Shown: positions 12,931-27,044 of the stretch, one piece after another | Layout of the letters: each line of letters starts with the position of its first letter | How positions within the stretch are numbered: position 1 is the first letter of the stretch | Assembly (NCBI GenBank): GCA_951406725.2 | Contig: OX597826.1 | Coordinates: forward strand, 23,498,001-23,562,000 | DNA: 64,000 nt | From: Octopus vulgaris | Lineage: Eukaryota | Direction of reading: 5' to 3' | Program-made: the position numbers and the translations under genes | The notes under the pieces: model-generated | Told to the model about the DNA's origin: nothing | What the model saw: the letters and a program-made list of their open reading frames with translations, nothing else | Database searches by the model: none

Positions 12931-15900
12931 TATGTTTGACTTTTGCTTTATGTTTGTACAAGTTGGCTCCAAGTCTCACCCAGAGACCTCAAGAGACAAC
13001 AGGTTGGAAGTTCACGTTGTTGTTATGCCTAGTGTGCCATATATTTGGGGGTTTTTTTGTGGTGTACTAGTGAATGTCGAATAAATAAATTTTTAAAAAA
13101 AGTTCGTTTTAAACCTTGAGATTACATAGAGAGTATTTTGTGTAGGATATGAGCAGTTCCCATGAGCACTATCTTTTGAATTTCTGCCATTTTTGGGTTT
13201 CCTGGTATCTGAGTTAGGTAGCAACCAGCCCCTTTCGGTATCATTCCCAGGGCACCTATAACAACAGGTATTGTTTTAGTCTTCAGCTTCCACATTTTGC
13301 TGATTTCTATTTCAAGATCTTTATATTTACTCAGTTTTTGGTAGGTCTTGACAGATATGTTTATATCGATTGGGACAGTCATATCAGTGAGGAGGCATGT
13401 TCTTTGTCTGAAGTCTTTCAATATGATGTCTGGCCTGTTTGCATCTATTTTTCTGTCAGTTTGAATGGTGAAGTTCCAGAGGAGTGAGATGTGGTCATTT
13501 TCAAGCACTGGAGGTGGATTTGTTCCCACCAGTTTTTTTCATGGGCAAATCCAGGTTTTTGCAGATTACCCAGTGAATATATTGTGCAGCTGTATCATGC
13601 ATGTTGAGGTACTCTGTAGGTGCTAGAAGACTGCACTTGGAGACAACATGATCAATGGTTTCATTTTGTTGTCGACATACACGACATGTTGGGCTACTGC
13701 CGTTCTTTAATATGTTGGCCTGGTAGTTTCTTGTTGGTAGGCATTGATCTTGAGCTGCTATGATAAACCCTTCTGTTTCAGATTTTAAGCCAGAGGCCAT
13801 TAGCCATTGATGTGTCAGGGCTTTGTCAATATCTGCATTATTCACTCACTTTGGGTATTTGCCATAGAGAGGTTTTTCTTGCCATTTGTTATTCAGAATA
13901 TCTAAGGCCGCAGGTTTGGCACGGGTTTTCATGCGCTTAGCTTTTTCAGTGCTTGTTTCTTGTATGACTATCTCTAATTCCGAAATTTGTTGTATTCAGA
14001 ATTCACTTAGATATTCCTTTGCCTGTTTTGTTACTGAGTATGATGCTTTCTTGTTTTCATGTTTTGAGACAAGTTTTAACATCCAGTCCTCAGAGTTTTT
14101 CAGGTAGGTGTCTAGGCCAATTGTAGCAATCTTCATTGTTATTGCCAGTTGTAAAAGACCACGGCCTCCCTCTTTTCTTGGCAGATAAAGTCGTTCTGTA
14201 TCTGCCTTAGGGTGGTGCATTCTATGCATTGTCAACAGTTTTCATATTTTTCTGTCAAGCTGACATATTTCAATAATTGACCAGTTAACGATATTGAAAC
14301 TGTAAGTCACGACTGGTATGGCTAATGCATTGATCGCTTCGATCCTGTTTCTTGCCTTCAGCTCTGTCTTGAGTATTGCTCTCACTCTTCGATAACATTC
14401 TCTCCTGATCCTTTCCTTCATCTCTGAATGCCTTATTTTGTCCCCTTTAATTACCCCTAGGTACTTGTAGTTCTCCGCTGGGTCTAGTTCTTTTATGACA
14501 TTTTGTTGGTCAATGTTAACGTTAGATGTTTCTGTCATTTTTCCTTTGATAAAGGTAGCTTTTGCACATTTATCGAGGCCAAATTGCATTCTGATGTCGA
14601 CACTGAATTGTTTGACTATCGCTAGTAAGCCCTTGAGTTGTTGGTCATTTTTTGCAAAAAGCTTTAAATCATCCATGTAGATGAGATGATTTACATTTTG
14701 ATCAAACATTTTATACCCGTACTGCGCGTCATTGAGCAGTTTTGAGAGAGGTATTAAGGCTAAACAAAAGAGGAGTGATGACAGTGAGTCACCCTAGAAA
14801 ATGCCACATGAAATTTTTACCTCACCAGCATTTAGAGATTCATTGTCACTGTTCAGAGTTAGTGTGGTTCTCCATGATCTCATACTTACAGTCAAAAAGT
14901 TTCGCAGAGTAGGTGCTATCTTATACATTTCCAAGCATTTCATAATCCAGCTATGTGGTAGGCTATCAAAAGCCTTTTTATAGTCTATCCAGGCTCTTGA
15001 TAAGTTTTTGTGTCGTTTGTGACAATCTTCTAAGATCATCTTATTGATGAGTAGTTGATCTTTACAACCGTAGGATCCACGTTTACATCCTTTCTGTTCA
15101 TTAGGGAATATGCTGCTGTCTGTTAAAAAACTATAAGTATATTCCGTCAGGACAGATGTTAGCGTTTTATACATAGCTGTTAAGCAGGTTATGAGTCTAT
15201 AGTTTTTTGGTTCATTTGTTTCTTCACTTTTTGGAAGCAGGAATGTTAACCCATTAACTAGCCAAGGAGGCATCCTACTAGGGTGTTGCAAAACATCATT
15301 GTACAGTTCTGTTAGCAGTTCATGGCTCTCTGGAAAGGCATTCGGCCAGAAGTTAGAAATTTTGTCCTTTCCTGGAGACTTCCATTTGCTTGACCTCCCG
15401 AGAGCAGATCTTATATCTTCTACCTTGAGACCCTCCCACTTTTGCTCTTCTAAGGAGTCCAGTTCTGTAGATATTCTGTCAATCCAGGGGGCCTTTTCGT
15501 TGTGTGTTTTTTCTTCTGCCCAAATTTTATTCCAAAATCACTGCACTTCTTTTGATGGTACAGACCTTACAGTAACTGCTGTTTTTCCAATCTTCCTGTA
15601 AAAATTTTTGGGGTTATTTTTTAACATGTTGTTGTCCTTGAAAAATCTAACACGCTTTTCATACCTCGCTATGCAGGCAGCTTTGGCAGATACCTTTTGT
15701 TTGATGGTTTCTATGGTGGCATCAATATCAAGTATAGTTTTCATATTGTATTTTTTCATTAATTTTTGGGTTTTTGTAGGTTTGGTAGTCTTGTGAACCT
15801 TAAGGTTTTTCAAATATTCAATGTCAGATCTAAATAGTTTAATTTGTTGTTGCAAACGCTCTTGCCAAGAAGGCTTTTTGTGGGAATGTTGCCGTTTTCT

Positions 15901-16851
15901 AATCTTTACACCACATAGGATCGTTGAGATTTTCGCGGATGCATAGTATAGGTGGTTGAGATTTGTGATATCAACATCATTAGCTGAAATTATATCCTTA
16001 AGTGCAAGCCGGATTTTACCAATTATTTTCATGTTTTGGTTAGAGTTGCGGATTTTAGGGAGTGCATCGCATTCATCCATGCTGGTTTCTTTAGTTTTCA
16101 GCCATTCAATCATGATTTAATTTTTTAGCTCATGTAGTTCTGTTGGGTCAATATTTGTGTGACTTTCTTTATCTATTTGATGTTCATCTGTCTTAGTGTT
16201 TATGAATGGTTCAAGGAGTATTTCACTTTGCCTATCACTTATACTAACTCTTTCAATCCTTACTTCGTTTATATCAGCCCTGGGCTGGTCTATAATTATT
16301 TCCTCTGTATTATCTTCTCTAGCTGCAGCTTCGTTCATTTTATCCGTTACTGCTTGTCTAACTTGATCAATCTCTACTTCAGTAGGTAATTTTTTTTTAT
16401 AATGTTTCTTCTGACGTTGGCAAGTTTGTTACTGTCTATGTAGGGTCTTGCTTCAGTGTGTTTCTGTCTCCAGTTTAAGTATGTTTGTGCAGTGTTAGGT
16501 TTATCTGTGGGGAAATATATGGCATGGTAGAAGGCCGCAAGAACTTCTTTATTATCTTCCCTAGACCATTTTTCCTTCTTTTTCTTTTGATTATTTGGTG
16601 ACGAGCATGGATGGCCATCTGTTGGAATATTCCGGTTGTGGGGTACGTCCAGCTCCTGTGTGTTGGGAAGATTTGATCCAGTAGCTGATTTTTCAATCAG
16701 AATTTGGTTCAATTTTCGGATACGTGGTCTTTTGTAATCCGCGCGATAACCAATGCGGTTTGTAGCTTGTTTTGTTGACATTGAAGTATGACGAGCTTCC
16801 ACTCTTAGATTAGGAGATGGATCTGTCAGTTTAGGGTTCTCTACACGTAAG

Positions 16852-16852
<1 letters not shown>
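12930..16852 (-). mobile_element. R4/Dong-type non-LTR retrotransposon (RT + CCHC + restriction-like endonuclease), near full length, disrupted
   Basis: WIDYKKAFDS, YMDDLKL, HPKAD.ERLY..RKEGGRGL, ETEGFIIAAQDQ, CRVC..ETIDH..C, RPDI..D..P..KY.DL..EI, PVVIGALG. Flanked by (ATT)n on both sides. Confidence 0.92.
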
Positions 16853-16894
<42 letters not shown>

Positions 16895-16895
<1 letters not shown>

Positions 16896-17127
16896 TATGT
16901 TTGACTTTTGCTTTACATTTGTACAAGTTGGCTCCAAGTCTCACCCACAGACCTCAAGAGACAACAGGTTGGAAGTTCATGTTGTTGTTATGCCTAGTGT
17001 GCCATATATTTGGTTTTGTATTTAGTGTTGTACTAGTGAATGTCTAAAAAAAACAGACGAAAATTATGTTTGTTTTAAAACTTGAGATTACATAGAAGGT
17101 ATTTTGCGTAGGATATGAACAGTTCCC
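16895..17127 (-). mobile_element. Second, heavily 5'-truncated copy of the R4/Dong element (3' UTR + last codons)
   Basis: Closely matches 12930-13160 (CTATGTTTGACTTTTGCTTTA..GAGATTACATAGA). Confidence 0.9.
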
Positions 17128-17185
17128 TATTGTTATTATTATTATTATTATTTATTATTATTATATTATTATTATTATTATTATT

Positions 17186-17265
<80 letters not shown>

Positions 17266-17411
17266 AATTATTATTAATCATTATTATTATTATTATTATT
17301 ATTTATTATTATTATATTATTATTATTATTATTATTATTATTTATTATTATTATATTATTATTATTATTATTATTATTATTTATTATTATTTATTATTAT
17401 TATTATTATTA

Positions 17412-17454
<43 letters not shown>

Positions 17455-17466
17455 AATTATTATTAA

Positions 17467-17519
<53 letters not shown>

Positions 17520-17610
17520 CATTATTATTATTATTATTATTAATTATTATTATTATTACTATTATATTATTATTATTATTATTATATTATTATTATTATT
17601 ATTATCATTA

Positions 17611-17645
<35 letters not shown>

Positions 17646-17672
17646 TATTATTATTATTATTATTATATTATG

Positions 17673-17762
<90 letters not shown>
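17128..17762. repeat. Long (ATT)n array, continuing at 19660-20085
   Basis: Imperfect ATT trinucleotide run interrupted by the foldback element. Confidence 0.95.
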
Positions 17763-18478
17763 GGATCTTTTCCTTTTGAACGGCACATGTCAACACAATT
17801 TCTAGTCAACTAAACACTTTTAAACTTCGTATACTGGTAGAATGTGTTTATAAAACATAATTTTTTGTTGGCTTTATTGAGAAAATTCTATAGTTTGTAA
17901 GATATTTCGTCTGAAAATTCGAGTATTTCGGCAAATTTAACCAATCGCTGACCTCCATTTGGGGTGAAAACATACCGTGCTGTATGAATATGTCCCTCGT
18001 TTAAGAAACAGATTGGGTTTATTTGCATTTGCGAAGAAAAAAAAGATACCCTTCCCCCACCCCTAACCCTAAACCTAACTCTCACCCTAAATCCAAAATA
18101 GATTGAAATGCAATAGATCGATACTAGGGTTATAATTATGGGTGACATTTTCATTTGACACCGCTTGAAAAAAATCCCATTTTCCGTAGCGGTGTGGTAT
18201 GAAATTGTCACCCATAATTATAACCCTAGTATCGATCTATTGCATTTCAATCTATTTTAGGATCTTTTCTGTTTGATGGACGGAATTTTCTAGTTAACTA
18301 AAAAATTTGAAACTTCGTATACTGATAGAATGTGTCAAAAGAAGACATTGCTGTAAACAAAATTGAAAACAAAATTGTAATTTGTAACTTAAACGTAGTT
18401 TAATTTTACGAATTTTAACCAATGAAATCCCAGCATTGCTGCGTTATCGATATTGATAAAGAAATGTAGCAGACGCAC

Positions 18479-18514
<36 letters not shown>

Positions 18515-19659
18515 CTCTCTCTCTCTCTCAAACACATGCATATACATTTGCACAAGCACATAGTAATTAATATATAAGCGTACACACACATACAAACGGA
18601 CATATACATACACACACATACGCACACAAGCATACATACACGTTCGTGAGTTGCCCCTTGCCGTAACAAATTTACACAAAAGGTAAATAAACCAGAAGGG
18701 GGGGGGTCAATGTTTCATCGTTTCGGGGTCGATAAATTAAGTACCAATTACGCACTGGTACCGAGGATTTTTTTCCCAATTTATATCACAGCTTCCGACA
18801 AGCTGGGGGCATCCTTTTATGAAAAAATATTTCGCAAAATTTTTACAATACTACTCACACTCCACGCGCAAACTTGAGACCGATTTAGGCATATTATTGT
18901 TTTGTTTTTGTTGTTTCTGGCCCTTCAAAACCATGGGAGAAGCCTTTTCGGTAAAAAAAAAATAAAGAAAATATTAAAAAAATATCGTTAATATTTTTAT
19001 TGGGAGACGAAATTCATCGATTTAAGAGATATAGCTGTTATTTCTAGCACATGTAGAAGACAGAAGAGAGAGAAAGGATGAATAAGACGTGTGCGTGTGA
19101 GTTTTTAGACGCAGCAAATAATTTGAGCTCGAATGCTGCGATTTCATTGGTTAAAATTCGTAGAATTAAACTACGTTAAAGTTACGAATTACAATTTTGT
19201 TTTCAATTTTGTTTACAATAATGTTTTCTTTTGACACATTCTACAAGTATACGAAGTTTCAAATTGTTTAGTTAACTAGAAAATTCCGTCCATCAAACAG
19301 AAAAGATCCCTATTTTAGATTTAGGGTGAGAGTTAGGGTGAGGGTTAGGGTTAGGGTTAGGGGTGGGGGAAGGGTATCTTTTTTTCTTCGCAAATGTAAA
19401 TAAACCCAATCTGTTTCTTAAACGAGGGACATATTCATGCAGCACGGAATGTTGTTTACCTAAATGGACGTATTTGATTGGTTAAAATTGCCGAAATGCT
19501 CGAAATTAAAGTCAAAATATGTTACAACATATAGAATTTTCTCAATAAAGTTAAGAAAAAATGATGTTTTATAAACACATTCTACCTGTATACGAAGTTT
19601 AAAAGTGTGTAGTTAAGTAGAAATTGTGATGACATGTGCCGTTCAAAAGGAAAAGATCC
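17763..19659. mobile_element. Foldback MITE (GGATCTTTTCC termini) with internal (TTAGGG)-like repeats; hosts a nested relative
   Basis: Arms of ~410 bp are complementary around a centre near 18175. Flanks are TATTATTA on both sides. CCCTAA repeats at ~18060, TTAGGG at ~19320-19362. Confidence 0.88.
18260..19309. mobile_element. Nested MITE of the same GGATC-TIR family
   Basis: Long TIRs GGATCTTTTCTGTTTGATGGACGGAATTTTCTAGTTAAC. 8-bp TSD CTATTTTA at 18252-18259 and 19310-19317. Confidence 0.9.
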
Positions 19660-19694
<35 letters not shown>

Positions 19695-19720
19695 ATTATT
19701 AATTATTATTATTATTATTA

Positions 19721-19751
<31 letters not shown>

Positions 19752-19767
19752 ATTATTATTATTATTA

Positions 19768-19798
<31 letters not shown>

Positions 19799-19860
19799 AT
19801 TATTATTATTATTAATTATTATTATTATTATTATTAATTATTATTATTAATATTATTAAT

Positions 19861-19892
<32 letters not shown>

Positions 19893-19930
19893 ATTAATAT
19901 TATTATCATTATTAATTATTATCATTATTA

Positions 19931-19973
<43 letters not shown>

Positions 19974-19996
19974 ATTAATTATTATTATTATTATTA

Positions 19997-20085
<89 letters not shown>

Positions 20086-20448
20086 GATATGTAAGATACA
20101 TATATATTGTAAAAAGTCCCCCTGCAGACTTAGATAGTCAATAATGTAGAAATAAAAGTTAAGCAATTTTTTCAGTATGTCCTGGTACCAAATGATCCGT
20201 TTTATTCAATTAACGTACACGTTTTATTTGTCATTAATTCTGTTTTATAAAGAATAATATAATTCAAAGATATCAGTTCAATTTTTCTTCAGTGAAACAA
20301 AAAGTTAACCAATCTGTGGTTCAAGAATGAAAAATAATAATGGGAAAGACTTGATCTTTAACGAAGAAAACGAGTGAAAGCAGCCAATGTACGAAGAAAT
20401 AAAGTGATTAACAGAAAAAAAGTAAACAAAAAGAAGAAAAGAAAACCA

Positions 20449-20964
20449 GGTACTACTTAAGAAGAGTGGTCCATGTGGTAAGTAGCTTGCTTACCAACCA
20501 CATCGTTCCGGGTTCAGTCCCACTGCGTGGCACCTTGGGCAAGTGTCTTCTACAATAGCCTCGGGCCGACCAAAGCCTTGTGAGTGGATTTGGTAGACGG
20601 AAACCGAAAGAAGCCCGTCGTATATATGTATGTATATGCGTGTATGTTTGTGTGTCTGTGTTTGTCCCCCCAACATCGCTTGACAACCGATGCTGGTGTG
20701 TTTACGTCCCCGTAACTTAGCGGTTCGACAAAAGAGACCGATAGAATAAGTACTAGGCTTACAAAGAATAAATCCTGGGGTCGGTTTGCTCGACTAAAGG
20801 CGGTGCTCCAGCATGGCCGCAGTCAAATGACTGAAACAAGTAAAAGAGTAAAAGAGTAAAGTAAATGAAACAAAAACACAAAGGATCGACTAGTCACGAC
20901 TAGCTAGCGCGGATGCACGAGTACGCGAGTGTGCGCACCGGGACCACTCTTCTTAAATAGTACC
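20449..20964. mobile_element. Small TIR element (24-bp TIR, 9-bp TSD; Merlin/MULE-like) containing a SINE
   Basis: GGTACTACTTAAGAAGAGTGGTCC / GGACCACTCTTCTTAAATAGTACC. TSD AGAAAACCA at 20440-20448 and 20965-20973. Confidence 0.85.
20473..20870 (+). mobile_element. SINE family A, nearly complete
   Basis: B-box-like GGTTCAGTCCC, internal microsatellite, tail CAGTCAAATGACTGAAAC(AAGTAAAAG)n. Confidence 0.88.
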
Positions 20965-21978
20965 AGAAAACCATTAGGTGTATAAAAGGATACTTTATCG
21001 AAATATTCTTACATTTAAGAAAAAAAAAGTGATAATAGAAATCAACCACCGAAACAGCAATTCGCTTCGCCTACCACCTACACTCTAGAATTGTGCTCGA
21101 TAATTCAGTTTTTGTAAAATAGTGTCCCCCTCTCCCCGTGGAAAGTATCATGGACGACGATACTTTCTCTCTAAACTGGTGCTGTTTGTTTACAATAATG
21201 TATCAAATGGTCACCTATTTTCAATCGAGCTCATAGAAATGAAAGGAGAAAGTCGTCCTTGATGACTCAACTCCTGTTAGATTTCGTATCATCCAGGCCT
21301 CGCAGCTCCATCATCACCACCAACTCAACCATCGCCTGACATGGATGATAAAACTAAGTAAAAAATTTTATAAAGAAACAAGAAAAAAGTACTTAGTCAA
21401 ACTCATTTAATTAAAAAAGATTCGCGCACACACGCACATACTGTACACACAGACATGCACACAAACGCGATGTTGGTATCTAAATAGCAAACAGATTTGT
21501 GAGAAAATTATTATCAGGTTTATTTTTAACACCTCATTTGACAAACTGTTTGAAATCTTGTACAACCCTGTTGACACTGTGATACTTGAGAATCTGAGGT
21601 CATCTCTCCGCCTTACAACATAACATTACTTCATCACACTTCCTCTCTTCCTCCCACAAGTCGTCGTTATCTGGTTATTTTCGTTGATATTTGTCTGCTT
21701 GTATGTAGAGGGGTTCCCAGATATTTTCGAATTGGTGTCTTCGTCCTGTTTCACTTCTTTTTTTCACTTCTATTTCCGCACTCTATTTCTCCTTATTTAT
21801 CTATGTATTTCCGGATAGTGTTGATAAGAAATCAGTTTTGGTGAACTGACAAGGTTATCTAATTGATTCTAAGATTAGGAGTAAGATTAACATTGCGAGA
21901 TTAGGTTAAAAGTTAGCAAGCACAATACACACGCACACACACGCACACACGCACGCACGCACGCACACACACACATAC

Positions 21979-22032
<54 letters not shown>

Positions 22033-22524
22033 AACTTACTAAGGTCAGTTGAATTTCAATTATTGACAGATTCCCTTCACTCTACATTATTTGATGGGGT
22101 ACATCTAATACGCCCGTGCATCTTCTATGTTATAAAATACGGTTTATAATAAAGAGCAAGAACTCTGAAATATGTCGAAGAACTACATATTGGAAACCTC
22201 ATGTTACATATTAACCGCATTTCAAGAGATTCTAATTCTCGGGATGAGGGCCACTCAACCGGTGCGATTTTATATCTACGAAAAGGGCCGTAGTTTTGTA
22301 GACTTGCAGTATTAGATCAGTGTTGCGTTTGTTATTTCGTTCCGACAACTGACGACTTCAGATTACATGAGATCTGTTTGGGAAAGTAGGTAGGCAGGGC
22401 TGACTTAGCAGCATTATTGGCCCCCGGGTAAATCAATGTACTGGGCCCTATAGTCAGGATCGCCTTAAGACACAAGTAATCTGGGCATTTGCCCAAGGAC
22501 CTCACAGGTCTAGGGGCCCTATTC

Positions 22525-22711
22525 GGATCTTTTCCTTTTGATAGCCAGATTTCAACACAATTTCTAGTTAAACAAACGAATTACAAATTTATCAAAAAAG
22601 CCAAGTGAAAATAATGTTTTCTTTTGACACATTCTACCAGTATACGAAGTTTTAAAGTGTTTAGTTAACTAGAAATTGTGTTGAAATCTGGCTATCAAAA
22701 GGAAAAGATCC
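22525..22711. mobile_element. Short MITE of the GGATC-TIR family
   Basis: ~45-bp TIRs. 8-bp TSD CCCTATTC / CCCAATTC (1 mismatch). Confidence 0.85.
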
Positions 22712-22735
22712 CCCAATTCTGACCTATGCATATGA

Positions 22736-22947
22736 AGGCGCATGGCTCAGTGGTTAGAGAATCGGGTTTACAATCATCTGGTTGTGAGTTCGATTCCCGG
22801 ACCGGGCTGTGTGCTGCGTTAGTGAGCAAGGCACTCTATTTCGCGTTGCTCCAGCTCACTGGGCTGTAGAAATAGATTGTGACATCACTGGTGCCAAGTT
22901 GTATCGGCCTTTGCCTTTCTCTTGAACAACATCGGTGGCGTGGAGAG
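22736..22947 (+). mobile_element. tRNA-derived SINE
   Basis: A-box TGGCTCAGTGG, B-box GAGTTCGATTCC, body GAGCAAGGCACT..TTGCTCCAG. Confidence 0.7.
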
Positions 22948-23587
22948 TTTAAAAAAATTATTTTTTGTAACTAAACACTTTCAAACTTCGGACACTAGTA
23001 GAATGTGTCATATAAAACATCTTTTACTCTTAGTGTTTTTGAGAGAAGCTTATATTTAGGAAGTTATTTCACGTTAAAGTTGTCGTATTTCGGCAATTTC
23101 AACCAATCAATGACGTGTATTCAGCTGAATAGAGTTACTGCTGTTGTTTGTCAACAACAACTATCGGTGGTGTATATTTCGTTTGTCACTGTTATGTATG
23201 ACATAGTTCGTGCGTTTGTACTGGTTTTAGCTTTAAGGTTTTAGGGTTAGGGTTAGGGTTTTAGGGTTAGGGTTTTAAGGTTAGGGTTAAGGTTTTAGGG
23301 TTAGGGTTGTCATAAATAATAGTGACAAACGAAATATACACCGCTGGAAGTTGTTGTTGACAAACAACAGCAGTAATTTTATTCAGTTGAATACACGTCA
23401 TTGATTGGTTAAAATTACCGAAATACGACAACTTTAACGTGAAATAACTTCCTAAATATAAGCTTCTCTCAAAAACACTACGAATAAAAGATGTTTTATA
23501 TGACACATTCTACCAGTGTCCGAAGTTTGAAAGTGTTTAGTTACAAAAAATTATTTTTTAAATTTGTAGGTCAAAAGGTAAAGATCC
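22948..23587. mobile_element. Foldback MITE (GGATC family, left end lost) with a (TTAGGG)n spacer
   Basis: Arms 22948-23200 and 23310-23560 are complementary. Spacer has TTAGGG/TTTTAGGG repeats. Right end is AAAGATCC. Confidence 0.85.
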
Positions 23588-24263
23588 AACAGCTAGTTAT
23601 AAAAATCTCGAGACAGAGTAGTAACGTACACTAAACAGAAAAGCGAGTAGCCACATCAATGTGACAGATGAATGTTACTAGTAGTTTAGCCCCAGGCGAG
23701 TTCTCCACCAGCTGGGTTTCGGTACAAGCTCTGCACCCTTTATGTACAACACATTGCTAGCAGGGGCAGCGAACCCCTACTACCCTCCAACAGCTGACAG
23801 GATCGCAGGATTGGCTGGTTTGGAGCTTCTTGGCTCACATCAGCCGCGCGAGCCTGCACAGTGGACTGTAGCTAAGATCCGTTCCTGCTAGCGATATATG
23901 CACATTAAGATGTTGTTCTGCAGTCGTTAAGAAAATGCCTAAAAAGCTCTTCAGAGCAGCGACTGTTATAATAAAACATCTGCCACGCCTCCAAATATTT
24001 ATGGAGAACTTTTTTTTTTGTGTGCCTTTCTCCCTACCTCTATATTAATAAGAAGACAAAATTGTTTGCATCTATATGTATTCGCTATGGTGTTGGACAA
24101 ATTTTAAATATCTAAAATTATTTTAATTTTATCAAACACAGCAATTTGTCGGCCCCACTACACTTTTTTTTTCAATCCTCACAGGACCTTTCCTTGTGAG
24201 AATCACTACTTTAGGCAGTGTTGAAAGCAACTATATCAAGTTAGTATTTTAATCTTCAGGCTT

Positions 24264-24302
<39 letters not shown>

Positions 24303-24437
24303 GAGAAAGAGAGAGGGGGGGAGAGAGAGAGATTATATTAAACACAAGTTTATATTATTTGTTCCAAAATATTTTACAAAGTTGATTTTTTTCAATTGTT
24401 ATATCAAAAGAAACACAGATATAATAATAACAATAAC

Positions 24438-24533
<96 letters not shown>

Positions 24534-25054
24534 CATCATCATTATCATTATCATTATTATTATTATTTGTACATTAATCAAATTAGAGAAATCCAATACT
24601 GGAAATGTAATGTTTCAAATTAGTTCGTTTTGGCGATGAAAATTTCCAAGGAGACGTTTATAGCATTTTCATTGCCCACCCCACAAAAATCTAGGGGATG
24701 CAAGCGTACACCCTGTACCACCTGTTCCTGCGCCATATTGTATGGCGAGCTGCCGATATTCTAACTCTAGTAATGCGTTATGGCTTACTCATCCTCTTCT
24801 TCACAGCCGCTACAGACTGGGAATCTCAAGAGCAGTGGGAGATCAAACTCATTTGGCTTTGTGAGCGAGATTGAAGCATCAATTAGATTTAGCGAGTTGA
24901 ATATGGACAATCACTCCTAAAAATAATCTTATTTATTGGGAAGGTTAAAGGAAATGGTTTAAGGGGGTTACTATACATTATTTCAACATTATTATATCAG
25001 GTGCCAGCAAAGCTTGTACGCAGAGATGTGCAGAGAAAAAACTCGTCTGCATGA

Positions 25055-25815
25055 TATATGATTGATTGATTGATTGATTGATTGATTCTAGTTTCAGCTT
25101 ATGAGCTGTGGCCATGCTGGGCACCGCCATTTGGTGTTGCTACTTGGTTTTACTTCACGAAAGCTTTTTAGCAACTGCCATTTGGTGCATGAGAGAGTTC
25201 GATGCAGCTGCCCTCATCTGCACCTCCTGCCGTGAAGTTGGTTCATCTGGGACACCTGACAGGAAGAGATCCACTTCCATTTTAAAGACATCTGCATCCA
25301 CCCCATGCAGGTCTCTCAGGTTCTTCGGGAGGATATTGAAGAGCTGTGGGCCTCGGAAGCCCAGGCTATCACAGTATCTTGTCCTACATCTTGATGGCAA
25401 ATTTGGAGTCCTAGGCACCACGCAGTGGCGCCCAGTTCTGGCATTTGTGTAACTCTCGATGCCAAAGTTTGGGACACGTCCCTCCAGGATCTTCCAGATG
25501 TATATTATGGCATATCTTTCCCGCCTACGCTCCAAGGAATATAGTTTTAATCTCTTGAGTCTTTCCCAGTAGCTTACATTCTGCATAGAGGCTATCTTCT
25601 TTGTGTAGCTACGCTGGATCGCCTCGAGCTCTGTGATCAACTTGACACTGGATGGTGACCATAACTGAGAGCAGTAGTCAAAGTGGCTTAGGACAAGTGT
25701 CCTCCAGAGGACCATCATGGTTTCTTGTTCTCTTGTTCTAAAGGTTCTGAGAATCCATCCGGCCAGTCGTCTACATTTCATTGCCAATTTAGCAACATGT
25801 ACACGAAAGGTTGCG
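25055..25815 (-). mobile_element. Second copy of the CR1-group LINE, 3' ~0.7 kb
   Basis: Translation nearly identical to 6061-6700; (AATC)n tail. Confidence 0.92.
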
Positions 25816-27044
25816 GTCTAATTAAGTTAGAATATTTAGAGTGAGGATAGAGACAGCAATTGTCCAAATGAATGCCTGCAATTGGTTGGAGGACCAATGT
25901 TTGATAGAAAGTTTGCACTTTCGGCGTCGTTCAAGTTATTTAGATAAATCAACCCGTTTGACTCGGTGAATAAAAACAAAATGGAGACTGGCTACATGTT
26001 GTAGTACATGGACTCACAAGCCTCGTTTTCATTAGTTGAGCTAACAAATATTCCTTAAGGTACAACAATTTGATGAATTGCAATCGGTGTTAATCACAAC
26101 TTGAGTCAGATTTCAATTCTGAACACATGCTAACGATATACATTTTACAGATTATTTTAGAATTGAATAATAATAATTGTTTTGTATAAAACTGAATCAA
26201 GGAACCGGACTAAGAATTGTTGAGAGCTGGATCCGACTCACCAGCCGTATGTATGTTATCCCTGCTCTTAGTGATATCTCGACCTGTTGGAAAAAAGCAG
26301 CAAACTCTCCCTTACATCACATTCTACTGTCTTAAAACAAGAAAGTCAAACGAGATAATATAACCTTAGAGATAAATTTCGGAATTGGCGTAGTTGGAAT
26401 GTCTGTAACCATAGATTGCTTTGATCAAGGTTGACTTGGGGGTTAAAAAAAAAGCAACAATGACAGCACGTATGAAAATTGATTGCAACAATTATCGTTC
26501 CGTGAAGTTAACTTGTTCTCATAAAAACATCTAGAGTTAGCGGTTGTGTAAAAACCTTAGAATTATACAGAATGAATTTCCAGAAGTTAATCTCAAATAT
26601 CTTAATATAGGGCGTCTCTATTGTGTAAAAGACAATGGTAAATGCAGAACAAAGTATTTAGTATAACATTCTTCCGTCTTGCCGAGACAGGATAATGCAA
26701 AAATTCTTGTATCATTATATTCTTGCTTCTTTTGTTTGAGACGAAAATTGAAAATTTATTAAAACCACGATGGTATCTGATGGTATCTGGCGCCAACCAA
26801 AAGAACCTATCCTACTTATAAATTATTTGCAAAACTGAAGCTGCTTGCAGCATTAATGAAAAATAACTCGGTGGAACTGCAAAGATGCTTCAAGATCGCA
26901 TGCAGTTATGACTACCAAATAGTCTCTTCAACAATGTATCAGTTATAAAAGATGGTGGAATTTATTAATTAGTTAAAATGAGGAGAGGAAGCGCTCCTGA
27001 ACATTTAGCCTCCACTTCTAATAATAGTAATAATAATAATGATA

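Noticed and set aside
23240-23310. True telomere or chromosome fusion site
   Set aside because: Short, degenerate and enclosed by MITE arms.
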